DNA of 31,286 nt. It comes from a virus. Taxonomy: Duplodnaviria > Caudoviricetes. This document shows, one piece after another, positions 26,489 to 31,286 of the stretch; position 1 is the first letter of the stretch, and every line of letters starts with the position of its first letter. A model generated the notes under the pieces. It was not told where the DNA came from, did not search any database, and saw only the letters and a list, made by a program, of their open reading frames with translations. The DNA is taken from the IMG/VR virus record IMGVR_UViG_3300020045_009535, positions 1-31,286 of that record; one strand, written 5' to 3'. Made by a program: the position numbers and the translations under genes.

Positions 26489-28240
26489 ATGCAAATAAGT
26501 GTAGAAATTACAAATGTAATTGTAGACCCTGAATTTAACGCGGCTGAAATTATTATCACTCCGAATTTTTCTAGTGGCGACGCTCCGGTTGTTAATGTTC
26601 CAATTGAAACAATAAGTGTTAACGGAATGGATCGGCCGATAATCGACAAGAACGTCGATATAACCGTTCCAACAAAAACGAGCAATTTAGAAAAGGACGA
26701 CGTTTACACAAAAACAGAAGTTGACAATAAATTAACAGCAATTTATGAATTTAAAGGCTCTGTTCCGACTTATGACGAATTGCCTATCGACGCAGAAAAC
26801 GCGGACGTGTGGAACGTTGAGGAAAATGGCGTTAATTACGCGTGGGTAGATTCAACGAGTAATTGGGATTCGTTGGGCGGTGTTGTTGGACTTGCGACGT
26901 TAACAGAAAACGGACTTTTGAGTAAGGAAGATTTTGCGAAACTTCAAAATCTATCTGGCACTAATACAGGAGATGAAACGCAAACAACCATTGGCGCATT
27001 AATCGACGCAGCGGAGCTAACCGAAATCACAGACACTTCAAAAATAGCCGCAAGTAATGGCGGTGTGTTAAATTGGTTCAGCGGGTTGAGAATTAAAAAT
27101 TATTTGACTGGTTATTTTGCAAAAGTATCTGATTACTTTTCAAAAGTTGAAAGCAATCGACGTTTCGTTAGTCAAGATGGCGGTACTATCTATCATACAA
27201 CTAAATGGTTCACGCCTACAGCATCAAGTACTTTTTCAAGCGTTGAAACAATCGTAACACTTGCAGGATCAACACAGTTAACGGCGGCAATGATTGGCTC
27301 TAAAATTGGGCCAGGTACTCAACCAAATTGCGACCTTAGAATAATCATCGCTGTTGGAACAAACAACACCTGCACAATTAACGAGGCTTTTGACGTTAAT
27401 TATAGTGGTAGGAATGATTGGGGGGTGTATTCGATTAATCGGCAAAATGTAGGTGGGACTATTTTTTATATTGGAACAGGCGGACAGGCGTTATATAATA
27501 TAAGTAACGGTACAATAACTATAACAAGAAGCGTTGATGTTAGCGGTTTTGAATTTTTATTTAGAAATGGGTTAAGGGGAGCTTCTACGACTTATTTTGG
27601 GTATAGTGATGTCCAATTTATGCGCAATGCTGCTGGGGTTTTTGAGGTAAATAACGGTACAGCAGGTCAATATCGTGATTTAATTTTACAAAATCTGAAT
27701 AAAACTGGTTATGACTATTTTGCAGTAAGTGCAACGGCCGACACAATCAACGACCGTAGAACATCAAATGTTGCAGGGGTAAAAATTGAGGAACGGTGTA
27801 CGGCTGTTTTAGCTGGAGGTGCGAACGTAAAAGGCAGTGGAACATGGATTATTACTAAAATTTCAGCAGCTACAAAATCACTTACTAATAATGTTTTGTC
27901 TAATCTACTTGAAATTCAATGCGCTAACAATAAAATGCAATGCGGTTGGATTCATTATTCGTTGTCATTTATTGATACCGTTAATAATACAGTTCGGTCA
28001 CACGTAGGAATGATTAACTACAACGTTAGAAATCAGAATGGCGTTGTTACTTCTAATGTTGTTCACAGTACCGCGATGGAAAATGACTTAGGAATAATTA
28101 CTGATTCGTGGATTTTAACAAATGGAACTGCAAAAGCAACTCTTTCATTAACAGCTAATGCAGCAGGAATGACACCTACAAGCGCAACCATATTTTTCGA
28201 TATTAAAAACCAAGGCTCAAATAATATTTTACTATTATGA
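26489..28240 (+). CDS. Tail fibre / receptor-binding protein
   Basis: Modular fibre motifs VPTKTSNL, YEFKGSVPTYDELP, ATLTENGLLSKEDFAKL and LSGTNTGD, with a Gly/Thr/Asn-rich C-terminus; last structural gene. Confidence 0.8.
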   Translation: MQISVEITNVIVDPEFNAAEIIITPNFSSGDAPVVNVPIETISVNGMDRPIIDKNVDITVPTKTSNLEKDDVYTKTEVDNKLTAIYEFKGSVPTYDELPIDAENADVWNVEENGVNYAWVDSTSNWDSLGGVVGLATLTENGLLSKEDFAKLQNLSGTNTGDETQTTIGALIDAAELTEITDTSKIAASNGGVLNWFSGLRIKNYLTGYFAKVSDYFSKVESNRRFVSQDGGTIYHTTKWFTPTASSTFSSVETIVTLAGSTQLTAAMIGSKIGPGTQPNCDLRIIIAVGTNNTCTINEAFDVNYSGRNDWGVYSINRQNVGGTIFYIGTGGQALYNISNGTITITRSVDVSGFEFLFRNGLRGASTTYFGYSDVQFMRNAAGVFEVNNGTAGQYRDLILQNLNKTGYDYFAVSATADTINDRRTSNVAGVKIEERCTAVLAGGANVKGSGTWIITKISAATKSLTNNVLSNLLEIQCANNKMQCGWIHYSLSFIDTVNNTVRSHVGMINYNVRNQNGVVTSNVVHSTAMENDLGIITDSWILTNGTAKATLSLTANAAGMTPTSATIFFDIKNQGSNNILLL

Positions 28241-28461
28241 AAAAAATAACTAAACTTAAAAAATGGTGGAGGTCAGAAACCCCATTTTTCGCGAGAGTAT
28301 TGCAATCATTTTCGGCAGGCGTTGGAGCATTGCCACTTTATTATTCGTCATTGCCTGAACGATTTCAATTAGCGATGCCCGATAATTATGTGTTAATAAT
28401 TTCATTGACTGGATTTTTTACCACTTTTTTGTTGAACTTTTCGCACAAAGCCGAAAAATAA
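28237..28461 (+). CDS. Putative holin (two hydrophobic segments)
   Basis: Basic N-terminus, WWRSETPFFARV, two TM-like stretches. Confidence 0.6.
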   Translation: MKKITKLKKWWRSETPFFARVLQSFSAGVGALPLYYSSLPERFQLAMPDNYVLIISLTGFFTTFLLNFSHKAEK

Positions 28462-28479
28462 TATTATATTTGTAAAGAA

Positions 28480-28689
28480 ATGGAAGCGAAAATAAATACA
28501 GAAATACGACTTGCCAAAATGGAGGAGAAAATAGACAACCTAATTGAGGACGTTCGCGAAATTGGCAAAGATATTAAGCAGCTCGATACGAAATATTCTG
28601 GCAAATGGGTTGAGACTTTAACCCTTGTAATCGCTGGTGGTTTAGTAGTATCCATTGTAGGTGGCGTATTTTTCGTATTATTAAAATGA
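28480..28689 (+). CDS. Holin/XhlA-like membrane protein
   Basis: Short coiled coil plus a C-terminal TM helix; TATATTTG at 28465-28472 upstream. Confidence 0.6.
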   Translation: MEAKINTEIRLAKMEEKIDNLIEDVREIGKDIKQLDTKYSGKWVETLTLVIAGGLVVSIVGGVFFVLLK

Positions 28690-28742
28690 TCTTTAGTTTT
28701 GTCATAATTAGATATATTTTGGTTTGTAATTTAGTTTTTATT

Positions 28743-28777
28743 AAAAAAAAGCACCGCTTGTGAAAGTAGTGCTTTTT
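28743..28777. terminator. Bidirectional terminator at the convergence point
   Basis: A8-GCAC-cgcttgtgaaagta-GTGC-T5 between convergent genes. Confidence 0.8.
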
Positions 28778-28804
28778 GTTTTTAGATAATTTGTTGTTAA
28801 ATTA

Positions 28805-29443
28805 CTATTTTAGTCCTATTAAGGCAGCCACCCCCAAAACTGCAACACCAACAGCCTTTACATTGCCCCAAAAAATAGCTGATTTAGTTTGTTTTTTTGC
28901 ATTTGATGTGTTTTTATATTCTTCAATAAGCAAACTATCACATTGACGACTTAATGCCTTAGAGTCGTTTAAAATCAATTCATCAACTGCTCGTTGTTTT
29001 TCACAATTGTAAAGAGCATTTGAGTAGCTTTCGGCTTCAACTCCTAATTGCTCAATGACAACATTCATTGTATCAATTGTTTCAGTAGCTTTTGCTAAAA
29101 TAACAGGACATTCAACATTTGCCTTTTTCATTGAATCAATTTGAAATTGTTGATACTTAATAGTTTTTTTTAACGGTGCTGAAATATTTTTAGAATTAGC
29201 AGCAACACTTTTCAAGCTGTCAATGTTGCGTTGTAAACTAACTATAACACCATTTCGCCAAACATTGTTAACCGAATCAATAACTTTTTGCGTATTGTAG
29301 TCAGGTTTGTTTGGCGGATCAATGCGATTACACCCATTTGGCAGTAAAAATGCAGTAAGCGCAATCGCGACAAAAATAATAGCCGGAGCAATAAACTTGT
29401 TGATTTTATTTTCAAATTTGAAATACTTATCTGTATTTTTCAT
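28805..29443 (-). CDS. Spanin-like membrane protein
   Basis: N-terminal hydrophobic helix ending LLPNGC, coiled coil, C-terminal hydrophobic helix; directly downstream of the endolysin. Confidence 0.5.
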   Translation of the reverse strand: MKNTDKYFKFENKINKFIAPAIIFVAIALTAFLLPNGCNRIDPPNKPDYNTQKVIDSVNNVWRNGVIVSLQRNIDSLKSVAANSKNISAPLKKTIKYQQFQIDSMKKANVECPVILAKATETIDTMNVVIEQLGVEAESYSNALYNCEKQRAVDELILNDSKALSRQCDSLLIEEYKNTSNAKKQTKSAIFWGNVKAVGVAVLGVAALIGLK

Positions 29444-29454
29444 TTTATTTTAAA

Positions 29455-29871
29455 TTAAATTTGTTTATAAATTGTTTTTCCTTTCGATTTTACAGCGCGC
29501 AAAACTTGATTTCTGTTAAGAATTGACGAATAAGAAACGTGCACCCAGCCCGGTTGTTCATCATTTCCAAATTCGTAAATTAATTGGTCGAACTCCATAT
29601 CTTGCAAGATGCGAAAAAGCTTTCTATTATCAAAACAAACGAGGTCGGCAGCCTGTCCGCTCATGTGTTGACTTTTTGCAGCGCCTCCAATTGCTTTGTT
29701 AACAGCCAATGACCGAAACCCTGATGTTATTTTAATTGGCGCTCCCAGTTCTTCACGCGCTGGGTCGAGTACTTTTTCAACTAGTAGTTTTAACGCCTCA
29801 ATTTGCGCGTCATTCGGAACATTCGAGCCGTGCGAGGTTTGCATAAGCTCATTAATTGTGAAATATTTCAT
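29455..29871 (-). CDS. Endolysin, peptidase M15A family
   Basis: ITSGFRS..VNKAIGG..KSQHMSGQAAD and WVHVSY zinc motifs. Confidence 0.92.
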   Translation of the reverse strand: MKYFTINELMQTSHGSNVPNDAQIEALKLLVEKVLDPAREELGAPIKITSGFRSLAVNKAIGGAAKSQHMSGQAADLVCFDNRKLFRILQDMEFDQLIYEFGNDEQPGWVHVSYSSILNRNQVLRAVKSKGKTIYKQI

Positions 29872-30116
29872 TGTTTTTCTTTTTTAAAAATAGTTATTTC
29901 TTCGTTTTGTGAATTGTGAAAATATACTTCAAAAAAAGTGAGTGTATCAAATTTAACTTTGAAGTATTCAGCACACTTTTTTTTGAGGTTGTGAATTGCA
30001 AGGCTCGTTATCTTTACGCTCATTTCATTTACATGATTTTCAGGTAGACTAATTGTAAAATCGTTATGAAAGTCGAGTTCTTTTCCCTCGAACCTTGCAG
30101 TTGTGTGTATTGTCAT
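29868..30116 (-). CDS. Hypothetical protein
   Basis: 82 aa; ATGA overlap with the endolysin; ATG 8 nt from element B. Confidence 0.7.
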   Translation of the reverse strand: MTIHTTARFEGKELDFHNDFTISLPENHVNEMSVKITSLAIHNLKKKCAEYFKVKFDTLTFFEVYFHNSQNEEITIFKKEKQ

Positions 30117-30124
30117 TTGATTTT

Positions 30125-30293
30125 ATGCACAATTGTGCGTAATTGTTTTAAATATTCAATTCTCAGCGATTCTTTGAAATTCTAGCTATATTGATAATCA
30201 GTACTTTATACCGCTTTTGTTAATCTTAACTGTATTAATTACAAAATAAAAGACTTATTTTGTAACCTTATTTGTAAGTTGTTGATTATCAAT
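30125..30293 (-). promoter_or_regulatory. Multipartite element B (inverted copy of element A)
   Basis: Same motifs at identical spacing as 25887-26055. Confidence 0.75.
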
Positions 30294-30307
30294 GTGTTTA
30301 GTTTCGC

Positions 30308-30817
30308 TTAAAAAGGTAAATCATCCGGTTGTGCAGTCAAAATATTTTCAAAGTTAGTAACTGGTATCGGTTCACCTTGCAATGGTTTTTGCTCGGCATT
30401 TTGAATAGCTCCCGTAGGTGCTGGCACATTCCAACCACTTACAGCATCGTAATTTTCGAGTGCTTCGTAACCATTAACCTGTTCGATTTTATCAACTACC
30501 TGAATTTTAGCTTTGCAAAACTTGTTTTCATAAGAGAAAATTATTTTCGCGTCAAGAACTCCGAATTTTTCGACAATATCAAAAGTATAGTGCGAACAAT
30601 TCAGCCAAAAAGCATAAGAAATAACACCGTTATATTCATTCGGGCTGCAAAATTTAGTCCTTTTTTCTTCAGGAACTCCGATATTTGTTAAATGCGACAT
30701 TATACCCGTGTGAATTGCTGATTCTTCAAACGAAACATAAAGCGATTTGATACAGTAAGGTCGACCCGCAGCACTTACGCCCTCTTTTATTGACTTTTTT
30801 AAAATTTTTACTTTCAT
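30308..30817 (-). CDS. Putative single-stranded DNA-binding protein
   Basis: N-terminal EGVSAAGRPY, Pro/Gln linker and an acidic DDLPF C-terminal tail typical of SSBs. Confidence 0.6.
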   Translation of the reverse strand: MKVKILKKSIKEGVSAAGRPYCIKSLYVSFEESAIHTGIMSHLTNIGVPEEKRTKFCSPNEYNGVISYAFWLNCSHYTFDIVEKFGVLDAKIIFSYENKFCKAKIQVVDKIEQVNGYEALENYDAVSGWNVPAPTGAIQNAEQKPLQGEPIPVTNFENILTAQPDDLPF

Positions 30818-30830
30818 GATAATCTAATTT

Positions 30831-31004
30831 TTAACGTTTATATATGTCTGTTGGAATTAATGAAAATATTTTACTATTATCTCCAAATTCAGACAACATA
30901 TCTAAATCTTTTTCGGCTTGCTCAAAATCATTTTCTGTATATATGCGAATAGTTCCAAATCCGCTACCGTCATGGTATTTATACACTAATACTTTCGCTT
31001 TCAT
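30831..31004 (-). CDS. Hypothetical protein (57 aa; not in the ORF track)
   Basis: MKAKVLVYKYHDGSGFGTIRIYTENDFEQAEKDLDMLSEFGDNSKIFSLIPTDIYKR fits between the DUF4494 and SSB-like genes. Confidence 0.65.
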   Translation of the reverse strand: MKAKVLVYKYHDGSGFGTIRIYTENDFEQAEKDLDMLSEFGDNSKIFSLIPTDIYKR

Positions 31005-31008
31005 GGTG

Positions 31009-31286
31009 TTACGATTGATATGTTAATACTTCGATAACTTTTGTTTCGGAAATGCTTTCGATTTCGTAGTCGGCCAAAGTGCCTTTCATATTTTCTACAA
31101 TTGATTCGCGGGCTTCTTTGATTGCGTCAGCTTGCACCCACATAGTAACGGCTATTTTCTTTTCAATTCCTTTTTCTTCGTCAAGTGAAATAAAATTAAC
31201 TTTCGCTTTAAACCACTTTTCAGCATTTTCATTGAAGAAAATTTCATTAACTTTTTGAGGTGTAATATTTGACACTTCAAATTCAC
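31009..31286 (-). CDS. DUF4494-like protein, 3' part
   Basis: KWFKAKVNFISLDEEKGIEKK...MKGTLADYEIESISETKVIEV matches the DUF4494 C-terminal half and is in frame with 1-272 after circularisation. Confidence 0.85.
   Translation of the reverse strand, partial: EFEVSNITPQKVNEIFFNENAEKWFKAKVNFISLDEEKGIEKKIAVTMWVQADAIKEARESIVENMKGTLADYEIESISETKVIEVLTYQS
31166..31286 (+). repeat. 121-bp exact terminal direct repeat (copy 2)
   Basis: Identical to 1-121. Confidence 0.95.

Larger units (their letters stand above)
1..31286. mobile_element. Complete tailed phage genome (siphovirus-like, probable Bacteroidota host), unit length 31165 bp
   Basis: Terminase-portal-protease-capsid-tail-lysis gene order, a divergent replication arm, and identical 121-bp ends with a gene reading through the junction. 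Confidence 0.95.

Noticed and set aside
26489-28240. Diversity-generating retroelement or shufflon acting on the tail fibre
   Set aside because: I found no reverse transcriptase, template/variable repeat pair, alternative fibre tips or invertase.
31166-31286. 121-bp end repeat as a biological terminal repeat
   Set aside because: It falls mid-gene and has a k-mer-like length, so an assembler overlap is more likely.
1-31286. Stop-codon reassignment as in some Bacteroidota phages
   Set aside because: Core genes are full length and densely packed under the standard bacterial code.

Overview
The window is an apparently complete ~31.17-kb circular or circularly permuted genome of a small siphovirus-like phage. 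Bases 1-121 repeat exactly at 31166-31286. A Bacteroidota host is inferred from TAnnTTTG promoters, DUF4494- and DUF6371-like genes, AT-rich leaders without Shine-Dalgarno sites and a Q-rule signal peptide. The minus-strand arm carries replication and recombination genes: RHH regulator, VapE-like NTPase, HNH-like nuclease, DUF6371-like primase, Rad50/SbcC-like ATPase, RecT, MBL hydrolase, DUF4494 and an SSB-like protein, followed across the junction by an M15 endolysin and a spanin-like gene. The plus-strand arm carries morphogenesis genes: terminase, portal, prohead protease, HK97 capsid, tail genes, tape measure, tail fibre and holins. I recognise no integrase, CI-type repressor, DNA polymerase, tRNA or CRISPR. 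The most notable unexplained structures are: (1) an integron-like attC gene cassette inserted at a GTT site with no integrase in the genome; (2) two inverted 169-bp multipartite elements with identical motif spacing that bracket the tail-fibre/lysis module; (3) a mirror-symmetric ori- or packaging-like region between the two arms; (4) a TerS-like segment fused to TerL; (5) strong CGCG enrichment. All protein family calls come from motif recognition by eye, not database searches.
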